This document shows positions 47,846-58,783 of a DNA stretch of 64,000 bases, one piece after another. The stretch's first letter is position 1; each line of letters begins with the position of its first letter. The stretch lies in the sequence record KU726251.1; one strand, given 5' to 3'. The notes below the pieces were generated by a model. The model saw only the letters and a program-made list of their open reading frames with translations. It did not search any database and was not told the DNA's origin. Position numbers and translations under genes: made by a program.

Positions 47846-48055
47846 ATGTTTCACCGTCCTGGGTTTTCAGCTTTAAACACCGATGTCTGTTGGGCTGAGT
47901 ACGAGCGGGTGAAGGAGTTCTTACCCGTAAATCCAAAACACATCAACGTGGGTACTATCGGGCGTGTTGCGTTCGATGATACTCCGCTGAGTACGTGTAT
48001 TAAAGCTGCGCTTGGTACGCTGCCGGCGTCTATAGTGTTTGAGGAATTAAAATGA
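47846..48055 (+). CDS. Hypothetical protein
   Basis: RBS gaggag, coupled to the next gene. Confidence 0.5.
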   Translation: MFHRPGFSALNTDVCWAEYERVKEFLPVNPKHINVGTIGRVAFDDTPLSTCIKAALGTLPASIVFEELK

Positions 48056-48570
48056 CGGACATTCGTGTTGACATATATGGGGAAATTCATACCACGGCCG
48101 ATCGTAATCGTGTTGAATGGGCGATCATCGATAACCATCGGAAAAAACCATACGATTTTTTACTGTGTGAAGAACTGGGGCCGTATGAACATCACACTGC
48201 AAAAGCGCAAGATAAGGCATTAAAGGAGAAGATGTACTCTATTGGGCCCATGGGGCTGGAGTTGGCTAAGAAACTCGGCATCCCTGCTATTGGGATCGAT
48301 GACTGGAGCGACGCAACCTACGCTAAAGATATCAAGGATAAAAAGGGAATGGCTGTAAACTTTAGCCGTTCTTTTTATATTCGTGAAACTAAAATGGTTG
48401 CAAAAATTAAAAAGTATATGGCAAAAGGGCGTTGTGCTGTTATGCTTGGCGACTCACACTTGCGCACCACGAAAACTAAAGAGCTTGGTGATGCGTCCCT
48501 TATCTGGGAAACGTTTAAGGATAATCCTGAAGTGAAGTTTCACAGGAGCCCTAAACGCGAGATTGATTAA
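48052..48570 (+). CDS. TraB/TIKI/ChaN-EreA superfamily-like protein
   Basis: YGEIH...DFLLCEE...VMLGDSHL matches the GExH / E / G..H pattern. Confidence 0.5.
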   Translation: MTDIRVDIYGEIHTTADRNRVEWAIIDNHRKKPYDFLLCEELGPYEHHTAKAQDKALKEKMYSIGPMGLELAKKLGIPAIGIDDWSDATYAKDIKDKKGMAVNFSRSFYIRETKMVAKIKKYMAKGRCAVMLGDSHLRTTKTKELGDASLIWETFKDNPEVKFHRSPKREID

Positions 48571-48587
48571 ATCTAAAGGAGCATTAA

Positions 48588-49010
48588 ATGGTTACCGCTA
48601 TTCGCGAAACAAAATCACTATACGATCATTTATCAGAAGAAGAAACAGCCTTATTCTACGACCTGTTACCTGAAACCAAAGCAAATGTTCAGTGGTGGTT
48701 ACGTTTAGCGCTACGTGATAAAGTTGGGGAAACGCCGGTTAGTATTCTCGCACACACGTTGGACATGACACCCATGATTGAAATCGCGATTACCCGCCCT
48801 AAATTCTGGCGGCCTGGTATGGTGCGTGAGGCGTATCTACTCCAACGCTTAGGTGTTGACCCGGAGAAGTGTTGGCGTAAGATGGACGACCATCGCTACC
48901 GTGAAGAAATTACGAATAGCCTCAACACTATGTTGGCAATGAAACGGCTCGGTATCGAACACGAAGGTTTCGAGTCTGCGGTGCGAGCGTGGGTGAGAAG
49001 GAATAGCTAA
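48588..49010 (+). CDS. Hypothetical protein
   Basis: RBS aaggag, 140 aa. Confidence 0.6.
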   Translation: MVTAIRETKSLYDHLSEEETALFYDLLPETKANVQWWLRLALRDKVGETPVSILAHTLDMTPMIEIAITRPKFWRPGMVREAYLLQRLGVDPEKCWRKMDDHRYREEITNSLNTMLAMKRLGIEHEGFESAVRAWVRRNS

Positions 49011-49259
49011 ATGCAAAAAACAATCATCGGAATAATGGTTAGTTCTTTCTGTGGTTTCCCTACCCCGCAGACAGAACCCCAATATTTGGGCGCAGGCAAA
49101 CCTGATCCGGAAGTCCGTAAGTTGCGCGAAGAAGCAAAAGCCAGAGTTCTTACTGAGCTGGAATCATTGCTTCAGTCTCCGGTTATTTCACAATGGGGTA
49201 TGGCAATAGATGTCACTCGAACTGATCGACGAGGGCGTTATCTCCCACGACTTGTTTAA
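49011..49259 (+). CDS. Hypothetical protein
   Basis: Abuts the previous stop codon, 82 aa. Confidence 0.5.
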   Translation: MQKTIIGIMVSSFCGFPTPQTEPQYLGAGKPDPEVRKLREEAKARVLTELESLLQSPVISQWGMAIDVTRTDRRGRYLPRLV

Positions 49260-49710
49260 CGCGCCTGAGCGCTTCAAGGTCGTTACAGTTAACTGTGTTG
49301 GTGCAATGGGAAGGGGCATTGCCTTGGCGTGCCGAGAACGCTTCCCATCGCTTTATAATGACTATCGCCAGAAATGCCGTAAAGAGCAAATCGTTATCGG
49401 TGAGGTCTATTGTTATCCTGAGGAAGGGGTAATACTCCTTCCTACTAAAACCCATTTTCGCTATAAATCGCAGATTTACTATGTCACGTCCGGCATTGAT
49501 GCGCTGGCGCGACTAGGGGAAGACTTAGAAGGAGGGATTGCGATACCGCCCCTAGGGATGGCTAACGGTTGGTTACGTTACCATGAGCGATTGGAAATCT
49601 TTATACACTTACAGAAACGACTACAGCACACGGAGCAGACTTATCGATTCTATTTACCAGACACCCTGCTGAGGGAAGCAGAGAAAATCATCCCAAAAAG
49701 TTTCAAATAG
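49210..49710 (+). CDS. Macrodomain ADP-ribosyl hydrolase (DarG/TARG1-like)
   Basis: TVNCVGAMGRGIALACRERFP...LPTKTHFR..S...IAIPPLGMANGWL. Confidence 0.85.
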   Translation: MSLELIDEGVISHDLFNAPERFKVVTVNCVGAMGRGIALACRERFPSLYNDYRQKCRKEQIVIGEVYCYPEEGVILLPTKTHFRYKSQIYYVTSGIDALARLGEDLEGGIAIPPLGMANGWLRYHERLEIFIHLQKRLQHTEQTYRFYLPDTLLREAEKIIPKSFK

Positions 49711-49808
49711 ATATTATTATCAGGGCACATTACAAAGGAGCACAATGCCGTCCGCGCCGTCTTCCCGGATTGGGAACGGAAAAGTATAAATCCGTTTGGA
49801 GAACATCC

Positions 49809-50531
49809 ATGTTTCGCACCATTTTATTTCTTCTGGTAGCAGTGACCACATTCAACAGCAACGCTTCTTACCAGTCCACCAGTAACAAACATCAAAAAGA
49901 ATTTGTCCTTATCCAGGACCAGTTCAATGAGATTAAACCTCTCATTGTCTCCGCATCTCAAAAGCAAGGTGTACATGCCGGGATGCTCGCGACCACCATT
50001 TACCGTGAATCCCGTTTTAATAAAAACGTGGGTAAGAATAAATCGAGCAGTGCTAGTAGTGTTGTCCAAATGACGACAGGCACTAAACGCTCCATGATAC
50101 GTCTGTATGGGAAACATCTTAACATCCCAAAGAACGCAGACCTTAATAAACCGAAATATGCTGTACAGCTTGCTGCTGTTTACATGAAACACATCGAGGA
50201 TCATCTGACAAAACAACTCAAACGCAAGCCGAGCACAGCCGAAATCGCATTAGGCTACCGCTTCGGTGAGAGCGCTGCTGTTGCGATGATTAAAAAGAAA
50301 TCATCGGTCGGGAAACGCTGGATGGACAGCTACCGAAAAGACGCAGCATTCTACGGTGCGAAAATGACGCCACCGAAAGCTGAAACACGTCAGCTTGCTT
50401 TTGCGAAGGAAGACCGCGACCAACGCGTCGCTGAGCTTCAGAAAATCTGGGATACGCTGTACAGCAAAGTATCACCTGCGGCCGGTACATTACTGGCAAA
50501 TAACACTATCATGAAAGGAGCACTGCTTTGA
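49809..50531 (+). CDS. Lytic transglycosylase (SLT domain, phiKZ gp144-catalytic-domain-like) with N-terminal signal sequence
   Basis: IYRESRFN...SSAS..VQM..GT...YG....L.R.P...I.L.Y.FG. MFRTILFLLVAVTTFNSNA leader. Confidence 0.75.
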   Translation: MFRTILFLLVAVTTFNSNASYQSTSNKHQKEFVLIQDQFNEIKPLIVSASQKQGVHAGMLATTIYRESRFNKNVGKNKSSSASSVVQMTTGTKRSMIRLYGKHLNIPKNADLNKPKYAVQLAAVYMKHIEDHLTKQLKRKPSTAEIALGYRFGESAAVAMIKKKSSVGKRWMDSYRKDAAFYGAKMTPPKAETRQLAFAKEDRDQRVAELQKIWDTLYSKVSPAAGTLLANNTIMKGALL

Positions 50532-51121
50532 CACTCGTAACACGCCCCTGGTATCCAGGTCTTAAAACAGCCGCACAAATCACCGCCAAAGATGTCTACG
50601 AATTAATTCGCGCGGGTGCGGAACACGTTCAAACCAACCCGAACTATGTAGAGCGTCCTATCGGTGAGGTCGATGGGGAAGCTGTCGAAGCACCGGTCTA
50701 CGTTGAGTACGGCGAATGGTTCGCAGAGAACCACGGTTTCTACGATGCGTTAAACGCGGCGTTTGGTGATGACGAAGACGAAGGTATCGAATTCGACTGG
50801 AACGTTAATCTGGCGCTGATGTGGATTTGTGGTTTACGTCCAGCAATTAACGAAACCGAAGCAGGTTTCGTGCTGACCTGGCGACAGTCGGCAGGTTACG
50901 ATAAAGGGCTCGACTTCAAACAGGCGTATATGGATGTGTCAATTGCACTGCAGAAACTGTTCTTCGGCGATCGTGCGTTTTGCCAACTCAGCTGGCTGAC
51001 CATCCTGGAAAAACTGGCAACGTGTCACAAACTGTGGCGAGCAGAAGATGCCCCAGAGCATCTGTTCGTGCTCGAATACGCAGTGGTACCAAACCAGCCG
51101 TTCTTTGAGGCCGATGCGTAA
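50528..51121 (+). CDS. Hypothetical protein
   Basis: TTG start after aaggag. Followed by a UUCG terminator at 51127-51148. Confidence 0.6.
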   Translation: MTLVTRPWYPGLKTAAQITAKDVYELIRAGAEHVQTNPNYVERPIGEVDGEAVEAPVYVEYGEWFAENHGFYDALNAAFGDDEDEGIEFDWNVNLALMWICGLRPAINETEAGFVLTWRQSAGYDKGLDFKQAYMDVSIALQKLFFGDRAFCQLSWLTILEKLATCHKLWRAEDAPEHLFVLEYAVVPNQPFFEADA

Positions 51122-51172
51122 TTAACGGTCAGACCTTCGGGTCTGACCACCTTTTATTTAATTCTTGGATGT

Positions 51173-51439
51173 GTGCTCGTGAAACGTTTAATAAATTTTC
51201 TCTACTGGATGGAGAAACGCTATAGCCACAACATTCCGATGATGTACAGTTTGCTATTCTCCACGGTAATGTTGGTAATCGGTGCGATTGTCGCACATCT
51301 GATGGAACTCACGTCCCCATGGGCGCAGCTCTTTCTTGCCATCTGGATGTTGTTCTCAGGCTACCACGTGCGTGGTTTCATAACCCGATTCTTTCGCTGG
51401 CGTAGTTCCTGGCACGTCTTTAATTCCGACCGTAACTAG
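51173..51439 (+). CDS. Small two-helix membrane protein
   Basis: Two hydrophobic segments. Confidence 0.5.
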   Translation: MLVKRLINFLYWMEKRYSHNIPMMYSLLFSTVMLVIGAIVAHLMELTSPWAQLFLAIWMLFSGYHVRGFITRFFRWRSSWHVFNSDRN

Positions 51440-51499
51440 TTTTTTACAGCAGTAACTAATCATCTGAAAATACCGTTTACTTTTATAAGGACTATTAAC

Positions 51500-52631
51500 A
51501 TGCAATTTCCAATTTCCGTAATCGAAGATATGGCTCGTGTAGTACGTAACCGTGCTATGTGCTTAGCTACGAAGGTGTTCGTGCTTATTCAGAAGCTCTG
51601 ATTGCACAACACGTCACTGGCACCGGTGTTATCAACCCGGATCTTTACAATGCACTGGTCGATAACAATGTGGAGGCTTATCTGCCGCTGCCGCATCTGC
51701 GTAATAAGTTGTGCCTTTCTTCTCAAACTCTTCAGTTTGATAACCTGCCGCCACTGAAATATTCGCCGGATGACCGTTGGGGAAGTATGCTTGGCGTAGC
51801 TTTCCAAAATTGCCACGCGCCTTATAACTGGTCTATTCTCGTTGAAGGTGTTGATGGTGTCTGGTATGCCATTGCACATTCTGACGAATTCTTCTTCGAG
51901 CCAGGTGAACTGATTAAACCCGTAAGTGCTCCACATGGTCGTGTTAAGGTTGGGCATTGTTACATTGAATTGACTCATGTCCAGTGGACTATCGAAGACT
52001 GGCGTGCTGCCTCCGTGATCTTCGGTGACGGTAAACCACACTCAGTTACTTTCGAGCGTTGCGAAGCAGAGCATGTTGAAGAGCCTGATAATGACGAAGT
52101 GGGAGATCGCTACGCGCCGCTGGAAGAGTGTCGCACCATCGCAAACATCGACTGGGTGAAAGTCTTTACGGCCAACCCCGGTTTCCGTGGTCAGACTATC
52201 AACCCGGCGAAGTAACCTGGGAAGGTTTCGTACAACTCGCAGATAAACTCGGTTATGACGTGTGGGATTACACCTACAAACGTCCATACCCGAATGCGTC
52301 GGAAGATGAAGGCCACGATGAAATCATTCTGGAAAACTTAGTTGATGTCGAAAATGTGTTTATTGACGACGAAATCTTTGTTACCCTCGGTATCGAACGT
52401 CCAAAATCAACAGCTTATCCGGTATCGGTTGCCAGTGTGATTCAGGAACTGGGCAAAATGCAGGAGCAGACTGTCGAAGTGAAAATCGACGAAGAGCAAA
52501 TGCAGATTGTTGCGCAGGTACAGAAAACTCTGAACCTGGATAAACTGTACGCGGAAATCCGCAAGCTGCCGAAAAAGAAACGTACTGCTGCCACAATCAA
52601 AGCAATGGTCCGCGACATCATCGGCAAATAA
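51500..52631 (+). CDS. Hypothetical protein (~377 aa) broken by two 1-nt frameshifts (~51559, ~52204)
   Basis: RBS aagga at ATG 51500. Restoring G gives RAMVLSYEG and restoring C gives TINPGEVTWEG, joining ORFs 51559..52215 and 52128..52631. Confidence 0.6.
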
Positions 52632-52650
52632 TGCGATAAAAAATAAAAGC

Positions 52651-52674
52651 CTACCTACTCCAAGGAGTAGGTAG
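52651..52674. terminator. Bidirectional terminator, family member 4
   Basis: ctacctactcc-aa-ggagtaggtag between convergent genes. Confidence 0.8.
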
Positions 52675-52686
52675 TTCTTTTTTTCT

Positions 52687-53310
52687 TTAATTTGTTAACC
52701 CGTTATCTTTCAGGATTTTCAACATCGCATCATTCAACGCCTGCAGTTCTTGATTCTGCTTAGTGAGTGTTGCAACTTGTTCTGTCAGAGGAACCTGCTC
52801 ACGGATTTTGGCTTTACGCACCGCTTCCATTTGCAAGTGTTCTTCTTCCGTCACCGTCCCTTCGTAATCCATCGATGTGATGTCCACACGTGCATCGATT
52901 CCTAAACCGCGTTCTAAAATGCTTTTCAGGTCGTTCGTTAGCAGTGTGACGTCGACGTATTCGGGTATTAATGCCAGGTCAATAACCACAACATTGCGTC
53001 TATAATTTAACCCGTTCAGTCCAGGATACGTCTCAATGTACGTATCAGGCAACTCGTAGACTTGACCGTCCCTCGACTTTAATGTTACAATCGAAGCTTC
53101 GACATTAGCGTCGCTGATATAGTCGTCACGAGTTAGGCCGACGGGTTTATAATACTTGTTATAAACGTCAATATTATTACGTTGGAGTTTCGGAAAGTTC
53201 TGTACCGCGTCAACACGGTAAATCACTTTATCTGGCAACGTATAAGGTGCCTTAACCTTGAACAACCCCTCAAGGTTAACCTGAGGCGTGTTAGGCAACA
53301 GTTGTGCCAT
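52687..53310 (-). CDS. Conserved jumbo-phage protein (probable virion component)
   Basis: 207 aa with C-terminal coiled coil. RBS ggagg. Sits in the core block next to the spanins and RNase H. Confidence 0.6.
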   Translation of the reverse strand: MAQLLPNTPQVNLEGLFKVKAPYTLPDKVIYRVDAVQNFPKLQRNNIDVYNKYYKPVGLTRDDYISDANVEASIVTLKSRDGQVYELPDTYIETYPGLNGLNYRRNVVVIDLALIPEYVDVTLLTNDLKSILERGLGIDARVDITSMDYEGTVTEEEHLQMEAVRKAKIREQVPLTEQVATLTKQNQELQALNDAMLKILKDNGLTN

Positions 53311-53320
53311 TTAACCCTCC

Positions 53321-54699
53321 TTAGGCTTCTGGCTCTACCGCAGGGACATCCCAAACAGCTTTGCGGGCCAAGACACGATACTCCACGTTATCGAATTCGA
53401 AGACGTAGAAGTAAACGTTAGGATCAACGTCGTCTACGAGCTTCACGATATCCAGCGGGGTGGAATGTGGGTGATACTCTTCCGCTGCGATTAACGCCTG
53501 GAAGAATAAGTCCAGCCACTCGGTGGTTTTCTTCGACATTCTCGCAATATCTGCATTGTTAGTGCCGATTAATGCGTAGTCGGGAATCGTATCGTGCAGG
53601 GTCGTTTTGCGTGAATCGTTTTCAGGGCCTGCGATAACTACAGCGTTTAGTGATTTATAGATGGACGGTAAATCCGTTACATCGGTAGTTGGAGTTGAGA
53701 TTGCTCCACTATTTTTTTCCGTAATGGTTTGAACAGTCCACTCCCCAAATCGGGAGATTGCTTTGACCCAGAAATCATATGGGAGAATCGGCGAGTATAA
53801 TGCCGCAACATCTTCCTCATTTGGAATCCCACGAATTGACCAACCGGGAACAATTGTGAACTTGGTGGTCGTAAAGATTTCTGGGAACACCTTGACACCC
53901 AACGCCACAGTAAAACTGGAGTTTGCCAAAATGTAATCACGTAACGCTTGTTTAATCCTGCTCGGGTTACGACCTGCGCGGCCGTAGATGATAACCGACA
54001 TCGGTATCGGTAAGGTGGAATCAAAGTCTTCCTGGTCGTGCCAAGTATAGATGTTAGTAATCAGGCTAGTGTACGGATAACCGTCAGCTAATTCGTTAAT
54101 CTTATTATGGTGATCCGGAAGGTTGAACCTTCCATTGCCTTTTCGACTACAGATTTCACAGCCAAGAAAGTATCAACCGGTAATATCGGCATTTGGACTT
54201 CAATTTCAAATCCGGTATAGTCCTGATTGAAATCTTCATCAGCAAACCAGAGAATAATCTGGTTATTCACATCAGATGGGTCTTCGACTTTATCTGCTGT
54301 GGTTTCAAGTTTCCAACTGACCCAACGTGGGAACCAGTTACTGTTAGTCTGAATCATCGCGCCAGACTGAACACCGCTGATGACACTATTAAATTGCCCC
54401 AACAGCAAACGCTGGAATTCAACTTCGTCGTTTCTTAAGTTGCCCAGGATAGACTGTTGGTAGATCCATTGGGAAACAGTAAGAACGTGGTCGCTAAAGA
54501 CGGCCGGGGTCTTAATAGGCAACTCGTCACGTTTAGAAGTAAAAGCAACCAGTTCCACCTGCAGATTTTCTTTAGTAAAATACTGCTTGCTTTTAGCGAA
54601 CGAATATGACAGCTCAGACAACTCACCTACCGGAGCGGTGTTGCCAGGGCCATTATCAATCAGAGCCGCTATTTGAATAAAGCCTTGTAAATCATACAT
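53321..54699 (-). CDS. Conserved jumbo-phage virion protein (~459 aa), split by a 1-nt frameshift at ~54126
   Basis: Restoring one T reads EKAMEG-FNLPDHHNKINELADGYPYT... continuously into ORF 53321..54001. Confidence 0.65.
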
Positions 54700-54717
54700 A
54701 ATTAAAAACTCTCCGAG

Positions 54718-55233
54718 GTGAGCATGATAGCATCAGTTTTCAAACTGCTTCCATTCTTACAGATGCTGTGGGAAGCATTTAAACCGGGCGAGGGGGAGAA
54801 AGTAACACGAGCCGGGAAAATAGTGACACTAGTGATAGTGGCACTGATCGCGTTCTCTGCATTTGTCTCATATGCCTATATTGTTCAATACCACACACTG
54901 GTTAGCGTTCAATCGCGTACTCAGTATCTGGAGATATCCTATAAGGAGCTAAAAGAGAAGTCCGATCACGGCGAAGTGGAGAACAATAAGTTGTACGATC
55001 GTCTCTTCACGTGCCTGGGTTCTCGACCGCCATATGATGGTACCAAATCTCCAACAGGAACAGGCACTGGGGCCGCAGTTCCGCCTGTAGAACCCAAGCC
55101 GGTAACTCCGCCGGCACCGTTAAATCCGTCTAGCCCACCTGCCAAGAAATACCAGGCCGCTTCTCGCCCGGTAGGGTCGCAGGAGGCAAATGATTTCCGA
55201 CAGGAGATTATCAGTACGCTTAATAATCCATGA
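54718..55233 (+). CDS. Inner-membrane spanin-like protein (i-spanin)
   Basis: N-terminal TM helix, periplasmic coiled coil, single Cys, Pro-rich linker, immediately upstream of a lipoprotein. Confidence 0.55.
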   Translation: MSMIASVFKLLPFLQMLWEAFKPGEGEKVTRAGKIVTLVIVALIAFSAFVSYAYIVQYHTLVSVQSRTQYLEISYKELKEKSDHGEVENNKLYDRLFTCLGSRPPYDGTKSPTGTGTGAAVPPVEPKPVTPPAPLNPSSPPAKKYQAASRPVGSQEANDFRQEIISTLNNP

Positions 55234-55242
55234 GGAGCATAC

Positions 55243-55721
55243 ATGAAGTTATTTTTGGCGGCGATATTGGTGCTATTGTTGACAGGATGCCCTGGGGTCA
55301 TCCGTCACGTAGACCCAGATTACTCCTCAACCGGAGATTGGCCTTTTCGTCCTTTAGAACACCCACCAGTTTATGTCGGTGGGAACAGTCCTGAGGCGAA
55401 AAAGCTGGCAGGGAAAATGTTTGTTGCGGATGTGAACGCTTATGCTTATTACGTTTATCTGTACGCTAAGTCGTTGAACAATTACGCAGAAGCTAAGGGG
55501 TGGCGCACCCCGATGGCCGCACCGCTTTGTGAAGAGTTTATTCGCCCCACTCTTCATGATATACCACTGGGATATATCTCGACCCTGGTTCTCGTAGCCC
55601 TCAAGACATTAGTCGTGATTTGTCACGACAGATTAAGTCTCTCATTCGCGGCTATCGCGAAGACAGAGAGTCTTTTAATCGTGCCTACGAACGGCACAGA
55701 AGTAGTTGCCTTGTGCAATGA
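55243..55721 (+). CDS. Outer-membrane lipoprotein, o-spanin-like (1-nt frameshift at ~55570)
   Basis: Lipobox LLTGC. Restoring one G ends the protein at TGA 55721, just before the UUCG terminator at 55727-55750, which the uncorrected ORF runs through. Confidence 0.55.
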
Positions 55722-55808
55722 AAACTCCCTCTTACCTTCGGGTAAGAGGGATTTCCTTTTTTACGTTAGTAGTTAATAGTGTGATATATAATCTCGTGGA
55801 GAGTTGAA

Positions 55809-56527
55809 ATGACCTATCCTAAAATTCTGCCTGTTTTAACACCAACCGTGGTTGTTGGTACAGACTTAGAGACCCTGGCTTTACGTCCAGATGCCTACAT
55901 CTTAACGTTGGCAAACGTGGCATTCGATGTTCCGACAATGAAAATGATCGGTTCATGTTACCACAAAATCGACCCCAATGATGCAAAGGCAAAAGAAATC
56001 TTCTACATCGACCCACAAACGGTCGGCTATTGGGAAGGTAAAGGCGACCCCGAATACGCACCGAGCGAGAAAGCACGTATTGAAGCGTTTTCTGGGACCA
56101 CTCCACTGCCAGAGGCACTGTGGGCGGCCAAAAAATGGTTGGATGATCTGGGCAACGTGAAAATGGTTATCACCATGCGCGGTCCCGATTTTGATGCTCC
56201 AATTCTGATGAACGCGTTCGCGCAGTGCGATATCCCGCCGGGCAAGTACCGCAAGTTTTCTATATTGGACTCTGACCGGACCGCAGAACGTATTGCATAT
56301 GCGTTTGGCCTGGAACCGAACTGGCACGCAGAAGCGCACCACTGGACCCGTGGCAAAGAAGCGTACGAGCATAACGCTAACTTTGATGCTGCGAAGGAAG
56401 CGTATTCTACGGCACGCATCTATCATTTGGCCCTGGTCGCACGTACGTACGGCTTCGAACGCATGTTAGAAGCCACCGCGAAATGTGCACAGGTGAATAC
56501 ATTCCACCGCAGTTGCGAGGAGAATAA
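55809..56527 (+). CDS. DEDD 3'-5' exonuclease (1-nt frameshift at ~56473 near the C-terminus)
   Basis: DLETL (ExoI), RGPDFDAPIL (ExoII), HNANFDA (ExoIII). Corrected frame ends TAA overlapping the RNase H ATG. Confidence 0.75.
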
Positions 56528-58041
56528 TGAAAGACGTCGACGTAGCGGTTATTTATACCGATGGTAGTCATACTGAGTCCCCGAAAGGTTCGGGGGCTGG
56601 TATTCATGGTTATTTATTCAACAACGGAGATTTGGAAGACAGTCAGGCTTATAGCCATCCGGGTGTTTCAGAACGGATTACCACTGTTGGATACAAAAAA
56701 GTGCCGCAGGATGTGAAGTGTCCGGAGTTGCCGGACACCGTTCAATTTGTCGACGCCGTTATTCCCGTTCCGAAAGAGTTCTACTCAGATGTGGGCGAGT
56801 TAATCGCCTTCATCACGTTGTTTGAGAACGCGCCATTCCGTGCGAAGAACTATATCATCTACGTGGATGCCAGTTACGTTGTAAACACTTTTAACGAGTG
56901 GATAGACGGCTGGCATAAACGTGGTTGGGTTCGTGCTGACGGTACTCCGCTGGCGAACAAAGAACTTATTGTTCGTATCTGGGAAATCAAACAGCAGATG
57001 AAAAAAGAAGGGCGGGGTGTTAAGGTTATCAAAATCAAAGGACACTCCGGCCACTACGGTAACGACCGGGCGGACGAATTGGCTAGAAAAGGTTCAGCTA
57101 TCACTGCGACCAACGACGGTGTTCCATATCAGCCGTACTGGTCGAAGGATGAGTTGCCTGCATCCGCGGAACCTGAGCCCATCGCTGCTGGAATGAACCT
57201 TGCGGCATATCCGCCGATTTGTACGGTTAAATATTGCTATCCGTTGGTGAACGAAGACCATCCTACTGTAAAAGTGAAAGATGAAACTTTCTATTACATG
57301 TTTGGTGGCAACCATGCAAAGAACAAGGACGACTTGGTGTTTATTGGGAAAATGATTCCCGATGCACACTTTTCCGTAATGTTCACTAAACAACCGTGGG
57401 ATAACATCTACACGATTGTAAATACCCACGCCGCCCTGGCATGGAAAGATACACCGAAGATGCGGCAGTATGATCCAATCGGTGTTGTTAACAATGAGTT
57501 CGTTAAACGTAAGAAGTTCGTTGATGTGGCAGGTGATGGATTACCGGCAGACAAGATGCATTTCAGTGGAGAAGATTCCAATGTCTGGTTCTTTGAAGAC
57601 CTGGCCATCTCCAGAATGCTTCGCCCGCCCTTATTGTCGTATCGTGCGCTGGATATTCGTGACGAACTCGCTACAACGTTGAGAGATGTTCTGCATCAGG
57701 AAAAGGGTTATGTCTTAAACGACATTACCGACTTGCTATTCGACGACAAAGGTAAACCTGTCAAGGAATACTACCGTAGCGTCGATAAGTCAATAACGTT
57801 AAAGATTGACTTTCCGATGGGTAAACGACCTGTCTCGGTTATTTTGACTCGCGGCATCGATATTCCATCGCGTACGGAAATCAACCGTATTAAAGAACCG
57901 GAAGGCCGTTATTACATCGCGGTGTGTCGTCCTGAAAAATACTACATCCGTTACTTCTTAATCTATATCGGTAAAGAGTATCATGGGTTGTGGTGTGCGT
58001 ATTACGCAAACCGTCGCATACTGCGAGAAGAAGAGGTGTAA
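56527..58041 (+). CDS. RNase HI with long C-terminal extension
   Basis: IYTDGS, ELIAF, YVDASYV, GW...N.EL, KIKGHSGHYGNDRADELARKG. Confidence 0.9.
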   Translation: MKDVDVAVIYTDGSHTESPKGSGAGIHGYLFNNGDLEDSQAYSHPGVSERITTVGYKKVPQDVKCPELPDTVQFVDAVIPVPKEFYSDVGELIAFITLFENAPFRAKNYIIYVDASYVVNTFNEWIDGWHKRGWVRADGTPLANKELIVRIWEIKQQMKKEGRGVKVIKIKGHSGHYGNDRADELARKGSAITATNDGVPYQPYWSKDELPASAEPEPIAAGMNLAAYPPICTVKYCYPLVNEDHPTVKVKDETFYYMFGGNHAKNKDDLVFIGKMIPDAHFSVMFTKQPWDNIYTIVNTHAALAWKDTPKMRQYDPIGVVNNEFVKRKKFVDVAGDGLPADKMHFSGEDSNVWFFEDLAISRMLRPPLLSYRALDIRDELATTLRDVLHQEKGYVLNDITDLLFDDKGKPVKEYYRSVDKSITLKIDFPMGKRPVSVILTRGIDIPSRTEINRIKEPEGRYYIAVCRPEKYYIRYFLIYIGKEYHGLWCAYYANRRILREEEV

Positions 58042-58042
58042 C

Positions 58043-58783
58043 ATGTTGCGAGTCGTGAGTGAATCGCTCACGCTCCACACACAAAGTCTGATTAACTGTG
58101 TGGAGCAATACGGATGGATGTCGTGGATGGCAACGAACCGTGAGTTCGGTGCTGCGCCCATGGAAGATTACGACGTGTTGTACAAGTGGGGATTTGAAGC
58201 GGCTTGTGATGTTGTGGCAGAGCTGGTTACCGAAACAATTGCGCGTTACAATGCAAGATGTGATGAACCGATGCCTAAACAAGTCCCGCCGCAAATACCT
58301 CCCCTACCGACAATCGATCGTGAGCAGTGTCGAATCTGGACAATGGAAGAGTTGTACGACGAACACGTTAGAATGCTGAAACCGAACGAGCTAATAACCG
58401 GTGCGTTGAACTGGTTCTTACATCGTTTCTGGACAGAGTTGGTCGATGTGGCGGGTGACGAAGATAATTGTTCTCAGGTTATTTGGTACGATCGAGCGAT
58501 GTTTCATCGCAGTCTTAAAGATCGCAGTCTCTGCAACCTGTATATTGTTGACCCGTGTGTAGACATTGTAAGGGTAGCAGAAGGTAACTCTTATTCGGAC
58601 TTAGTGATGCCCGTGGTAGAAAAACCGATGGGTATTTTCCTGCAAGGGGACGCTTGGGTTTTAACGGATGATATCTCGGGCTACCTGCTGGACCCGGACG
58701 ACATTCACTCGGACGAACCTGATACCATCGAGTATTTTCACTTTACAGAACAGGCAGCACGCTTCTTGCATCTCTTAAAGTAA
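58043..58783 (+). CDS. Hypothetical protein
   Basis: ATG after gaggtg, acidic protein. Confidence 0.6.
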   Translation: MLRVVSESLTLHTQSLINCVEQYGWMSWMATNREFGAAPMEDYDVLYKWGFEAACDVVAELVTETIARYNARCDEPMPKQVPPQIPPLPTIDREQCRIWTMEELYDEHVRMLKPNELITGALNWFLHRFWTELVDVAGDEDNCSQVIWYDRAMFHRSLKDRSLCNLYIVDPCVDIVRVAEGNSYSDLVMPVVEKPMGIFLQGDAWVLTDDISGYLLDPDDIHSDEPDTIEYFHFTEQAARFLHLLK

